IMG/VR virus record: IMGVR_UViG_3300044732_001653
Coordinates: 7,518-71,517 of that record
Strand: one strand, 5' to 3'
Source: a virus
Length of the DNA stretch: 64,000 bases
In this document: piece by piece, positions 18,965 through 27,678 of the stretch
Position numbering within the stretch: the stretch's first letter is position 1
Layout of the letters: each line of letters begins with the position of its first letter
Made by a program: the position numbers and the translations under genes
Notes under the pieces: model-generated
Told to the model about the DNA's origin: nothing
The model's database searches: none
Seen by the model: only the letters and a program-made list of their open reading frames with translations

Positions 18965-19305
18965 AGCGACTCGTCGACCGACGCGAGGCTACCCCGCAAG
19001 ACGGCCTCTATGGGCGGTCTGGGAAGTGGCCCCGCGTGCGGGCGACGCATCTGGAACGTGAGCCGCGGTGTATCGCCTGCGGCCGGGACAAGGACTTGGA
19101 GGTGCATCATGTGGTGCCCTGCCACACCGACCCGTCGAGGGAGCTAGACGACGGAAACCTCGTCACGCTTTGCGCTGACCCTTGCCACCTCGTTTTTGGG
19201 CACTGCCTTTCTTGGAGGCGGTGGAATCCTTCGGTGCGAGAGGACTGCGCTGCTTTTGTGAAGCGGCTCGCGGAGGCGAGGGCAGCGGAGGAAGCCGCTC
19301 GGTAG
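18949..19305 (+). CDS. HNH endonuclease
   Basis: 'CIACG..LEVHH..P..NLVTLC..CH'. Confidence 0.85.
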   Translation: MFGFLKRLVDRREATPQDGLYGRSGKWPRVRATHLEREPRCIACGRDKDLEVHHVVPCHTDPSRELDDGNLVTLCADPCHLVFGHCLSWRRWNPSVREDCAAFVKRLAEARAAEEAAR

Positions 19306-19537
19306 AGTCGCCGTCCATCGTGAGCGTGACGATCTGGTATCCGGCCCTCCAGTATTCGCTCTCCCCAAACCTGTCGACCGCAAGCCACGCGGCCAGTGTG
19401 GCCTCGGTCGACGACACCTTCATTTGCATCACGCCTTGATGCTCCCGGCAGCCGTCGCAAATCTCAAACGCCTTGTGCTTCTTCTTGCACCCGTCGAACC
19501 TATTGAACCCGATCTCGACCGTCCATCGCTTCCTCAT
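19163..19537 (-). CDS. Hypothetical protein
   Basis: GGAGA RBS before ATG 19537; upstream TTGACT-N16-TACCAT; 3' end overlaps HNH antisense. Confidence 0.45.
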   Translation of the reverse strand: MRKRWTVEIGFNRFDGCKKKHKAFEICDGCREHQGVMQMKVSSTEATLAAWLAVDRFGESEYWRAGYQIVTLTMDGDSTERLPPLPSPPRAASQKQRSPLAPKDSTASKKGSAQKRGGKGQRKA

Positions 19538-19610
19538 TCGATCGTCTCCCGTGCGTGTTGTTGATTGTGCCGATGGTATACGGCTGTACAGGTGAGTCAA
19601 GAAAAAGGAG

Positions 19611-19979
19611 CTAGCTAGCTGTCATCTCCGCGATTTCCGCCTCTTCGGCGGGGGACAGGAGGTGAACAGAGGCCACCTCGGCGAGCGTGGACATCTCCGG
19701 CCTCTCGACTTGCCAGATGGCTTCGTCGATGGCCTGGGGGGCCGTGCAAGCCTGAACCACGCAAAGTTCCGAGTCGATCACGGTGTCGGGCTCCTCGGAC
19801 ACCGGGTCTCGCCAGCCAACCAGAACTGCGTACCTGCGGATCGCTGGCCCCATGGTTCCCTCCATTTCGCCAAGGTGTCCTAGGTCGCGGGCTGCGACCT
19901 CCGGCGAGAACTCTAGGGGATCGACTGCAATGAGGTCAAGAGGGGCGCTTGCGCTTCGTGCCGCCGGGCTTTTTCTCAC
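19611..19979 (-). CDS. Acidic hypothetical protein (start uncertain)
   Basis: Open frame between neighbouring minus-strand genes. Confidence 0.5.
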   Translation of the reverse strand: MRKSPAARSASAPLDLIAVDPLEFSPEVAARDLGHLGEMEGTMGPAIRRYAVLVGWRDPVSEEPDTVIDSELCVVQACTAPQAIDEAIWQVERPEMSTLAEVASVHLLSPAEEAEIAEMTAS

Positions 19980-20277
19980 CCCGTTTGCGGCCCGCGCACC
20001 ACGCCATGCCCGAGGCGGCTGTCGCCTCTGCTGTGTGGCGGTAGACGAGCCAGAGCAGGCCGGCGATCTGCTTCCCCTCGATCCGACCTCCGAGGGACAT
20101 TCCGGTCTCTGGGTCGAGGTGCCGCCGGAGGATTTTTGACACTGCCGAACGGTTACATCCGAGAACCTTGACGGCCTCGGTGACGGTGATCAGTTCGCCG
20201 CGTTCATCCTTCATGCCCCACCTCGCGCAAACGTCTGGAAAACCAGTGCGATTTGCTTCGTGGGGGAAGGGTGTCAA
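19936..20277 (-). CDS. HTH DNA-binding protein (repressor/excisionase-like)
   Basis: 'ITVTEAVKVLGCNRSAVSKIL'; divergent from integrase. Confidence 0.7.
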   Translation of the reverse strand: MTPFPHEANRTGFPDVCARWGMKDERGELITVTEAVKVLGCNRSAVSKILRRHLDPETGMSLGGRIEGKQIAGLLWLVYRHTAEATAASGMAWCAGRKRGEKKPGGTKRKRPS

Positions 20278-20302
20278 TGATCCCTTTGTCCCACCAGAAA
20301 AG

Positions 20303-20319
20303 TGGAGACGGAGGGGATC
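20303..20319 (-). other. attP-like core resembling the 3' end of tmRNA/tRNA-Ala
   Basis: Minus strand GATC-CCCTC-CGTCTCC-A fits T-loop end, T-stem, acceptor 3' strand with U70 and A73; adjacent to integrase. Confidence 0.5.
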
Positions 20320-20364
20320 ACGCCCCTACTAGACATCAGCAGGTGGACCGATTAAACACATGGC

Positions 20365-21261
20365 ATGGACGCCACTCAGGAGACTCATGTCATGTTGCTA
20401 CGCGAACTGCTCGATAAGGACTACGCGATCGTCCGCGGGCTGCGGCCCAAGGCTGTCTATCAAGTTCGGCTCACACTCTCCCGTTGGTCCGATTTTCTCG
20501 GGAGAGGACCGACTACAGCGGATTTGCTGAATCTGCGGGTGATGGAGTTTCTCCATCACCGGAAAAGCGAGGTCAGCCTCGGGACAGTCCTCAAGGATCG
20601 CAACGGCATCTGCGGCCTCTGGAACTACGCGGCCAAGCAAGACCGAACGCTACCGTTCCCGACATTGCCCCCCATGAGCCCCATCAAGCGGGCGCCGCGC
20701 GCCTACACGATCGAGGACATCTCCAAGGTCATCCGGGTCGCCAAGGCCCTCCCAGGCGACGTCATGGGCGTCCAGCGGGGGCTGTGGTGGGCGACGATCT
20801 TTCGGACGGCATTCGAGACCGCCGAACGCCACGGCGCCCTGGCGGCTCTGCGGTGGAGCGAGGTCGACCTCCCCGGCCGGCTGATCACCTTCCTGGCCGA
20901 GGGGCGGAAGGGGGGCGGCCAGGACATCCAGCGGGAGATCAGCGGTGAACTGGCGTCGTGGCTCGACGAGATGCGGAGGGAGCCGGGAGAACTCGTCTGG
21001 CCGTGGAAGGGCGTCGAGTCGTCGCAGTGGCAGGAACTCGGCCGAATCTGCACCCTCGCGCAGGTCACGAATCGAGGATTTCACGGGTTTCGCAAGTCAA
21101 ACGCCTCCTATTTGACCGCGGCCAGAGGGGTCGGGGCAGCGTCTGAACAGTTGGGTCATAGCTCCAGTTCGGTAACGCTACGGCACTATGTCGACAGGTC
21201 CATCGCGAAGCCGAAAGAGACGGCAATCGACCTGCTTCCGCCGCTCAATTTGGGGGAATAG
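20365..21261 (+). CDS. int: Tyrosine recombinase/integrase
   Basis: Catalytic R (TAERHGAL), K (GRKG), HxxR (FHGFRK), LGH, and Y (TLRHY). Confidence 0.92.
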   Translation: MDATQETHVMLLRELLDKDYAIVRGLRPKAVYQVRLTLSRWSDFLGRGPTTADLLNLRVMEFLHHRKSEVSLGTVLKDRNGICGLWNYAAKQDRTLPFPTLPPMSPIKRAPRAYTIEDISKVIRVAKALPGDVMGVQRGLWWATIFRTAFETAERHGALAALRWSEVDLPGRLITFLAEGRKGGGQDIQREISGELASWLDEMRREPGELVWPWKGVESSQWQELGRICTLAQVTNRGFHGFRKSNASYLTAARGVGAASEQLGHSSSSVTLRHYVDRSIAKPKETAIDLLPPLNLGE

Positions 21262-21327
21262 GCAAAATAGCCATTGATTCTGGCCTAGCTACCCCGCATG
21301 ATGGGGGCGTACCCCGGAGGGAGGTTC

Positions 21328-21927
21328 ATGGCAAAAAAGGGAATGGCCGACATCGCGCTCGGCAGTTACGAGGCGGCCTGCGTCACCGGCACGCAGTGGT
21401 CGAGGCCGGCGAAGCTCGCGAAAGAGGGCAAGCTGGTCTACCGGCCGTTGGAGTCGGGCTGGTCGCTGGAGAAGAAGAACGAGTTCTTCCTCTACTCGCT
21501 GCGTGACTGCGACGAGAACTACCGCGACTACTTGGAGGCGGTGGCGCTGGGCTCGCTCCCCGGCCGGAAGCGGTCGGAGGAGTGCATCGCGCAGCGTGAG
21601 CCGATGCTCGCGCGGCTCCGAGAAGTCGAGCAGATTCTGTACGACGATGCGATCGGGACGTCCGAAGCGGCGACGATCCTCGGCGTACACATCACCATGG
21701 TCAACCGCATGGTGAGAGACGGGAAACTGCGGGCTCGGAAGGCGTTCAACGACCGCCACGGTGAGGGCAAGGGCAGCGTCTACATCGTCAGCCGCCGGTC
21801 CTGCGAGGAGAACCGGCAGAAGTACACCGCCATGGAGGTGTCGGGCACGAAGACAGGATCAAAACGCAACCCAGGAAAGCGGACTGTCGCTCGGACGTCT
21901 CCGCCGAAACCGTCGAAGAAGCGATAA
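21328..21927 (+). CDS. DNA-binding protein with excisionase-like HTH
   Basis: 'IGTSEAATILGVHITMVNRMVRDGKLRA'; a second degenerate HTH near the N-terminus. Confidence 0.75.
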   Translation: MAKKGMADIALGSYEAACVTGTQWSRPAKLAKEGKLVYRPLESGWSLEKKNEFFLYSLRDCDENYRDYLEAVALGSLPGRKRSEECIAQREPMLARLREVEQILYDDAIGTSEAATILGVHITMVNRMVRDGKLRARKAFNDRHGEGKGSVYIVSRRSCEENRQKYTAMEVSGTKTGSKRNPGKRTVARTSPPKPSKKR

Positions 21928-21931
21928 TGTC

Positions 21932-21960
21932 TTGACGGGTGGCGAACGGTCGGCTACCCT
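21932..21960 (+). promoter_or_regulatory. Sigma70-like promoter for replication operon
   Basis: TTGACG-N17-TACCCT. Confidence 0.55.
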
Positions 21961-22083
21961 GCCCCCTGTCGCCGTGCGGTAGCTCCGCCGGCAGCAGTTA
22001 GCCTCGCGAGCTACGGCCCCCGCCGTGGTCTGGAGAATGTACCCAGCCGCGGCGGGGGAATGCTCGCGCCACGGAGGGCAGCG

Positions 22084-23499
22084 ATGTCGACGCTTTGGGG
22101 GCACCAGCGGGAAGCGATCATGTACGCCCGCGGCAAGCGGGACGTGATCCTCCATCTCGGCATGGGCTGCGGGAAGACCCGCACCGCGATCGAGATCATC
22201 AAGGAAGTGCTGATCGGTCGGCTCTCCGGCCGGGTGCTGATCTGCTGCCCGAAGGCGGTCTGTGCCGCGTGGGCGAAGCAGTTCTCGATGTGGATGCCCG
22301 AGATGCGGGTGCTGATCCTCGACGCCGACGTCGGGACGTCCGCAGACAAAGATGTCGTCCTGAAAAAGGCCCTCGCCGACACGTCGCCCCTGGCGGTCGT
22401 CATCAATTACGAATCGGCGTGGCGGGTCGGCGCGATCGAGAAGACGAAGTGGGACATCCTCGTCTATGACGAGGTCCACCGGCTCAAGGCCCCGTCGGGC
22501 AAGACGAGCCGCTGGGCGTCGCGGATGGGGACCAAAAACCCCGAGGCGAAGCGGATCGCCCTGTCGGGGACGCTCATCTCCCACAGCCCGCTCGACGCCT
22601 ATGGCGTCTACCGCGCCGTCGAGGCCCCCGATTGCCCGACGTTCGGCCAGACCTACGGTGCGTTCAAGGGGAAGTATTGCGTCACCAACCCGCACGTCCC
22701 CGGCATGGTCGTCCGCTTCATCAATCAGGACGAGATGCAGAAGAAGATCGCTGACACGACGTTCTACCGGAGGAGCGAGGACGTCCTCGACCTCCCGCCG
22801 ATCATGCACGAAGACCTCTGTTTTGAATTGGGTCCGGCCGAAAAAAACGTTTACCGCGACCTAGAAACAGATTTCTGTGCCCTGTTGCGCGACAAAACGA
22901 TTACGCCGAAGAACGCCATGGTCGGCGCGCTCCGGTTGCTCCAGTGCTGCGGCGGGTACATCACACCGGACGGCGAGAAGACCGGGGTGGCGATCTCCGA
23001 GGACACGCCGTCGAAGGCCGCCCGGTTCGCCGAGTGGCTGGAGGACGTCGAGCCCCGCGAGCCGCTGGTGATCTTCTGCCGCTTCCGCGCCGACATCGAC
23101 GCGGCCCGAAAGGCTCTTGAAGCGGATGGCCGCACCGTCAGTGAGCTATCAGGTAAGATGAACGATCTGGCCCAATGGCAGGCCGGCAAAACCGATGCAC
23201 TCGTCGCCCAAATCCAGTCTGGCGGCATCGGCATCGATCTCACGCGAGCCCGGCTCTGTGTTTTCTACTCTATCGGGCACTCGCTTTCTGAATGGCTCCA
23301 GGCTATCGCGCGCCTGCACCGCCCCGGCCAGACTCGCCACACTCACATCTACTCGCTGATCGCTACGCTACCCCACAATCGCATGACCGTTGAGGGCAGG
23401 GTCTACGCTGCCCTTCGTGACCGTAAGGATGTAGTCAATGAACTCGTCAGCCTCTACCGAGACTTCGACCCTCGCAGACCTGTCGGATCGGCTCACTGA
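22084..23499 (+). CDS. SNF2-family (SF2) helicase
   Basis: 'GMGCGKT', 'DEVH', 'LSGT', 'SGGIGIDLT', 'QAIARLHRPGQ'. Confidence 0.93.
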   Translation: MSTLWGHQREAIMYARGKRDVILHLGMGCGKTRTAIEIIKEVLIGRLSGRVLICCPKAVCAAWAKQFSMWMPEMRVLILDADVGTSADKDVVLKKALADTSPLAVVINYESAWRVGAIEKTKWDILVYDEVHRLKAPSGKTSRWASRMGTKNPEAKRIALSGTLISHSPLDAYGVYRAVEAPDCPTFGQTYGAFKGKYCVTNPHVPGMVVRFINQDEMQKKIADTTFYRRSEDVLDLPPIMHEDLCFELGPAEKNVYRDLETDFCALLRDKTITPKNAMVGALRLLQCCGGYITPDGEKTGVAISEDTPSKAARFAEWLEDVEPREPLVIFCRFRADIDAARKALEADGRTVSELSGKMNDLAQWQAGKTDALVAQIQSGGIGIDLTRARLCVFYSIGHSLSEWLQAIARLHRPGQTRHTHIYSLIATLPHNRMTVEGRVYAALRDRKDVVNELVSLYRDFDPRRPVGSAH

Positions 23500-23896
23500 G
23501 GTGCAGTCGATCTCCGACGAAATCGACGGCCTGGAAGAACAGATCAAGGCGCTCAAGAAGCGTCGGACCCACCTTGAGTCCCTGTGCGTCGAAGACCTCC
23601 TGACGTCGAAGACCGAACGCATCGGCGCCGCCGGTCGGATGTGGCGTGTCGACTGGGAACATTCGATGTCGTCCACCGAGGCGCGCAAGGAAGACCTGAT
23701 CGCCGCGGCCGAGGCGTATGGCATTCCGCCCGACGCCATCACTCAGGTCAACACACAGAAGCTCAAGTCGCTCATCAAGGAGATTGCAGAAAAACAAGGC
23801 CGAGACGTCCGCGAGAATTGGACGGCCGGCACCGCGTTGGAAGGTTTGGCTGGGGAGTACGTTGCTCCTCGGCTTCGTTCGGTGAAGGCGGGCTGA
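23438..23896 (+). CDS. Coiled-coil replication/recombination-associated protein
   Basis: N-terminal coiled coil, 'VNTQKLKSLIKE'; located between helicase and SSB-like gene. Confidence 0.6.
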   Translation: MNSSASTETSTLADLSDRLTEVQSISDEIDGLEEQIKALKKRRTHLESLCVEDLLTSKTERIGAAGRMWRVDWEHSMSSTEARKEDLIAAAEAYGIPPDAITQVNTQKLKSLIKEIAEKQGRDVRENWTAGTALEGLAGEYVAPRLRSVKAG

Positions 23897-23920
23897 ACCC
23901 CGCGTATCTAAGAGGTTTCA

Positions 23921-24688
23921 ATGACTACTGCACTTGCAAATACGTCGACTCCGTTTGCCGGCCTCACGCCCGGCTCGCGGCAGATGGCGATCATCGCGGC
24001 GAACCTGGAGGGCGAGGGCATCTCCGAGATGGACCTCACCAAGGTCAAGACTCCTGCCGGCGGCGGCACGACCTGGGAGATCGACAACCAGGGCAACATC
24101 GAGACGACGCCCGAGATCGTCGGCATCCTCGTCGCGATCAAGAAGCTGGGCCTGCTGTGGCCCTACGATGAGATCGGACCTGACCAGCCCGTGGTCGCCT
24201 CAAGCGATCTCATCACCGGATATCGCGCTGGAGACAAGCTGGGGGACGTCAAGCCGGAAGACCTGGAGAAGTATCGGATCGGCGACCGCCGCTACGACTG
24301 GGCGGCGATGTCCGAGGGGCCGGAGTTCGGGCCGAAGTCTGGCAAGGGCGGCGTCGGCAAGCGGGTGAAGGAGAGCCGAACGCTCGCCATCCTTCGCGAC
24401 GGCGACACTTGGCCCCTGCTTGTGTCTGTCGGCCCCGGCAGCTTGGGGACGTTCATGCCGTTTCTCAAGAAGCTCCCCTGCTTCCACTACGAGGCTGTCA
24501 TCGGCCTTCGGCTGGAGAAGACTACGAGCAAGGCCGGAAAGCCCTACTCCATGATTGTCCCCCGCCTCGCCGGTCAACTGACCGAGGAGCAGGGCGAGTT
24601 CGTTCGGAAGATGTACACCGAGCCGATGAAGCGGACCTTCTCGGCTCTGCCCAACGGCGCGGTGGCTGCGGCCTCGGCGGCTGAGTGA
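23921..24688 (+). CDS. Putative ssDNA-binding/annealing protein
   Basis: 'KVKTPAGGGTTWE', 'PLLVSVGPGSL', 'LRLEK..GKPYS' pattern in a replication module. Confidence 0.5.
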   Translation: MTTALANTSTPFAGLTPGSRQMAIIAANLEGEGISEMDLTKVKTPAGGGTTWEIDNQGNIETTPEIVGILVAIKKLGLLWPYDEIGPDQPVVASSDLITGYRAGDKLGDVKPEDLEKYRIGDRRYDWAAMSEGPEFGPKSGKGGVGKRVKESRTLAILRDGDTWPLLVSVGPGSLGTFMPFLKKLPCFHYEAVIGLRLEKTTSKAGKPYSMIVPRLAGQLTEEQGEFVRKMYTEPMKRTFSALPNGAVAAASAAE

Positions 24689-24829
24689 TTAGCTGCCGTG
24701 CCGGCGGCGCTCAACCGACGTAAGGTCGGCCGGTCGCCCAGGCGTACAGTGGCGTGGTAACGACGCAAGCCGTCGGCGCGTGGACTCCAGGGTTTCCCTT
24801 TCCCCCTCGGTAGTCGCGTCGGCGCATAT

Positions 24830-24872
24830 GCCCCTGCGGGCCGGTGAAAGCCGGCTCGCAGGGGATTTCTTT
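24830..24872 (+). terminator. Strong hairpin with T-rich tail (terminator or part of ncRNA)
   Basis: CCCCTGCGGGCCGG-TGAAAG-CCGGCTCGCAGGGG followed by ATTTCTT. Confidence 0.5.
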
Positions 24873-24891
24873 GGCTACTACACAAGAGGAG

Positions 24892-25674
24892 ATGAGTGTG
24901 GCTACTCGAAAATCAATACCGCCAGTGGTCAGGTTTGAGGTGTTCCAGAGAGACCACTTCCGCTGCATCTACTGCGGGGCAACGAAGGAGGAGACGAAGC
25001 TCGTTGTCGATCACGTCATTCCCGTCAGGGACGGCGGCACGAACGACATGGGCAACCTCGCAACGGCTTGCCAACCATGCAATGCGGGCAAGGCGGCCAG
25101 GAGCGTCATTCTTCCCGCCGAGGGGGAGGTTGTCGGGCGAGGGAGGGCAAAGCTGGCCGCGAGGTGGCTTCCACATCTCAGGCACGCTTTCGTGAACGTC
25201 GAGCCGGCAGAGGCTCCCTACGAAAAACATTTCACAACGTGGTCGCCATCGAAACGTGGCGGCGAAGAAATTGCGTCCGACCATGTCGTTAGGTTCATGC
25301 CGAACTTCACGGCAAGGACGGTGCGATCTAGGGGCTGGCGAGGGGAAGCCGTGACGATTTCCTTTTTTCCGCACAAACCGATCGGGGGTTTCTCGGAGGC
25401 TCAAGAGTCAGAGATTATCGCGGCCGTCATCAGCGGGTACGACACCGACGCCGTGATCGTCATTGGTGAGCCTGATGACTTCTTCGCCATCTGCGTTCAC
25501 TATCGATACAAGGGGTGCCCGATCGGGTATTTCCTTGATGACTTTCTGTTCCCAGAGGCCGACTGGGAATGCGACTGGTATCCAGACGAGTGCTTCGACT
25601 TCGTCGATCCTCGCGAGGGCCACTGGAACAGGCTCCACACGTTTAACAGGGAGGACAAGACATATGGCTTTTGA
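24892..25674 (+). CDS. HNH endonuclease-domain protein
   Basis: 'RFEVFQRDHFRCIYCG..LVVDHVIP..GGTNDMGNLATACQPCNAGK'. Confidence 0.92.
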   Translation: MSVATRKSIPPVVRFEVFQRDHFRCIYCGATKEETKLVVDHVIPVRDGGTNDMGNLATACQPCNAGKAARSVILPAEGEVVGRGRAKLAARWLPHLRHAFVNVEPAEAPYEKHFTTWSPSKRGGEEIASDHVVRFMPNFTARTVRSRGWRGEAVTISFFPHKPIGGFSEAQESEIIAAVISGYDTDAVIVIGEPDDFFAICVHYRYKGCPIGYFLDDFLFPEADWECDWYPDECFDFVDPREGHWNRLHTFNREDKTYGF

Positions 25675-27463
25675 GTTTGATCCAGACGTCATGTTCAAGC
25701 TCTGTGCGATGTACCTTTTCAAGGGCCTTCGCATCGTGAGGGTCCATGGGATTCTTCCAGACGGCACATGCACATGCGGGAAGGCAGGATGCACGCCGGG
25801 CAAGCACCCGATCGACCAAAAGTGGGCAACGAAGTATGCGAGGGACGAGGACGACGTCCTTCGGTGGCTGGAGTCGCCGCTGCCCTTCAACGTCGGCGTT
25901 GTTCTTGGTCCACAGGGCGGCGTCATTGACAGCGAAGACGACGACATTCGCGCTAAGGTGTTCCGAGAATCCATTGGAATGTCTGACCTCGTCACACCGA
26001 CATGGACGAGCGGGAAGTCGACCCACCAACTGACTCAGTGGGACGATCGACTTCAGGGCGACACCGGGGTCGTACATCCCGGTGGCCTTGAGGTCAGGAC
26101 GGGCGCCGGGAAGAAGATGACCCAGAGCGTCCTGCCCCCGTCGTGGCATTACAGTGGAGCCCAATACAGATGGAAGCCGGGTCTTTCTCCAGACGAAGTT
26201 CCTGTTGCCGAAACTCCGCGGGAATTGATTGCAGTCATCTACAACGGGGCTGGGGAAAAGAAAACTCTCGATCCGCCCAAGAACTACACCGAGCCGCCAG
26301 CCACGAACTTTGTTTTCGGTGACGTCCGTCAGGGGGGGCGGCACAGGGCAATCCTTCGTTTTGTGTGGTGGAAGTGCATCACTACGAGGAACCCCAATCA
26401 CGCAAAACAGCGGAGCGTCCTGATTCGTGAGGTTACACGGTGGAACGAGGAGAACTGCAAGCCCCCGGAGGAGGAGAGTGCGGTGCTTAAAATCATCACC
26501 GACTGCCTTGATTCCTACCGCAAGAAGGAGATCGCCGGGTGGACGCCGAGCGATGTCGACGAAGAGGATGAGGCCATCGAGAGAGAAGCGGCCTCTATCG
26601 AGGAGGCGGTCAAAAAGAAGGAGTTGTCTGGATTCTCCGTCTCTGCTCGCCGTGGCTACGAGCTTCATGGTCTACAGAAGGTCACTCATGGCAAAGTCGA
26701 GACTTACGCCGAGGGCAACTGGTCGATTGAGATGATTCACTCCGATCCGCCCGAGGTGTGCCTCATCGTACCGATGTGGCGGGATCGGCCGTGCCGCGGG
26801 CGGATCAACATGACCCTCGAAACATTCCGGTCCCCGAACAAAGTCGCTGCGCTTGTGTTTTCCGCAACTCGGGGAGTCCTCCTCGACGGAGACTCAAAGA
26901 AGTGGACGTCGATCTGGAAGGGCTACGACGCAAGCAGCAAGACTGGCGGGGAGTCGATCCCTGGGCTTATGGAGAGGCTGCTTGAGAAAAAAGAGAGCCA
27001 GGGGACCGACATCACGGTCGGCACCTCAAGCCTCCGGTATGCACAGCTTGCCGGATTCGTCCTTCAGGTTTTCAGGAGAGCCACCAAGCCCCGCGATGAA
27101 ACCAAGCCGGAGCCCAACGAGTCTGGACGACCGTGCTGGGTGACCCCCGAAGAGCTTTGGTTCCAGTGGGGGAAGATATGGGACGACATTGGCCGTTCGC
27201 ACGATGTTGTCCCTGGAGAGCGGTCACGGGTCCGGTCACGGATGCTCGCCATGGTGCGAGGGGACGACGGGAAGGCCGTAACCGACTTCGTCCACCGCAG
27301 GCACTCGTTTGCCACCGGAAGGCTGGAGTTCGTGGTGTTCACAAAGCCGTGGCTCGACGCACTTGAGAGTCTGGCGGCCGGAGAAGAGACCATCGTCAGA
27401 GATACCACCCTCTCCTCCTCCGACGCAGAAGACCCGCCAGAGTCGGAGGAGGCGGCGGCGTGA
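25664..27463 (+). CDS. Bifunctional DNA primase/polymerase (Prim-Pol) protein
   Basis: 'CTCG..C.PGKHP', 'FNVGVVLG..VIDSE', 'VLPPSWHYSG..YRW', PriCT-like 'GGRHRAI'. Confidence 0.88.
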   Translation: MAFEFDPDVMFKLCAMYLFKGLRIVRVHGILPDGTCTCGKAGCTPGKHPIDQKWATKYARDEDDVLRWLESPLPFNVGVVLGPQGGVIDSEDDDIRAKVFRESIGMSDLVTPTWTSGKSTHQLTQWDDRLQGDTGVVHPGGLEVRTGAGKKMTQSVLPPSWHYSGAQYRWKPGLSPDEVPVAETPRELIAVIYNGAGEKKTLDPPKNYTEPPATNFVFGDVRQGGRHRAILRFVWWKCITTRNPNHAKQRSVLIREVTRWNEENCKPPEEESAVLKIITDCLDSYRKKEIAGWTPSDVDEEDEAIEREAASIEEAVKKKELSGFSVSARRGYELHGLQKVTHGKVETYAEGNWSIEMIHSDPPEVCLIVPMWRDRPCRGRINMTLETFRSPNKVAALVFSATRGVLLDGDSKKWTSIWKGYDASSKTGGESIPGLMERLLEKKESQGTDITVGTSSLRYAQLAGFVLQVFRRATKPRDETKPEPNESGRPCWVTPEELWFQWGKIWDDIGRSHDVVPGERSRVRSRMLAMVRGDDGKAVTDFVHRRHSFATGRLEFVVFTKPWLDALESLAAGEETIVRDTTLSSSDAEDPPESEEAAA

Positions 27464-27532
27464 TCGATTCCCCTATATACGGGGCTGGCGAGGGCGATCG
27501 CGTTTGGAAACTGGCTTTTTGACGCCGTCATC

Positions 27533-27669
27533 ACCGTCAGTGTCGCAAGTCCATTGGGGCAAAGGGGTTACGGTGACGGCCATTTTGAAGCGACTTTCCG
27601 GCGCGACCGTCACTTCGGTCGCAAGTTGTTGTTTTCACTGCATTTACGACTGACGGCCGATTTTTCAAG
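27533..27669 (+). repeat. Two 73-bp-spaced imperfect direct repeats, each with inverted CCGTCA/TGACGG ends (origin candidate)
   Basis: ACCGTCA..GTCGCAAGT..TTACG..TGACGGCC(G)ATTTT occurs twice between prim-pol and helicase genes. Confidence 0.6.
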
Positions 27670-27678
27670 GAGGTTCGG

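Noticed and set aside
20365-21261. Calling the recombinase an integron integrase for the cassette array
   Set aside because: I see no IntI-specific insertion, it lies more than 30 kb from the array, and it has its own attP-like site; any link is unproven
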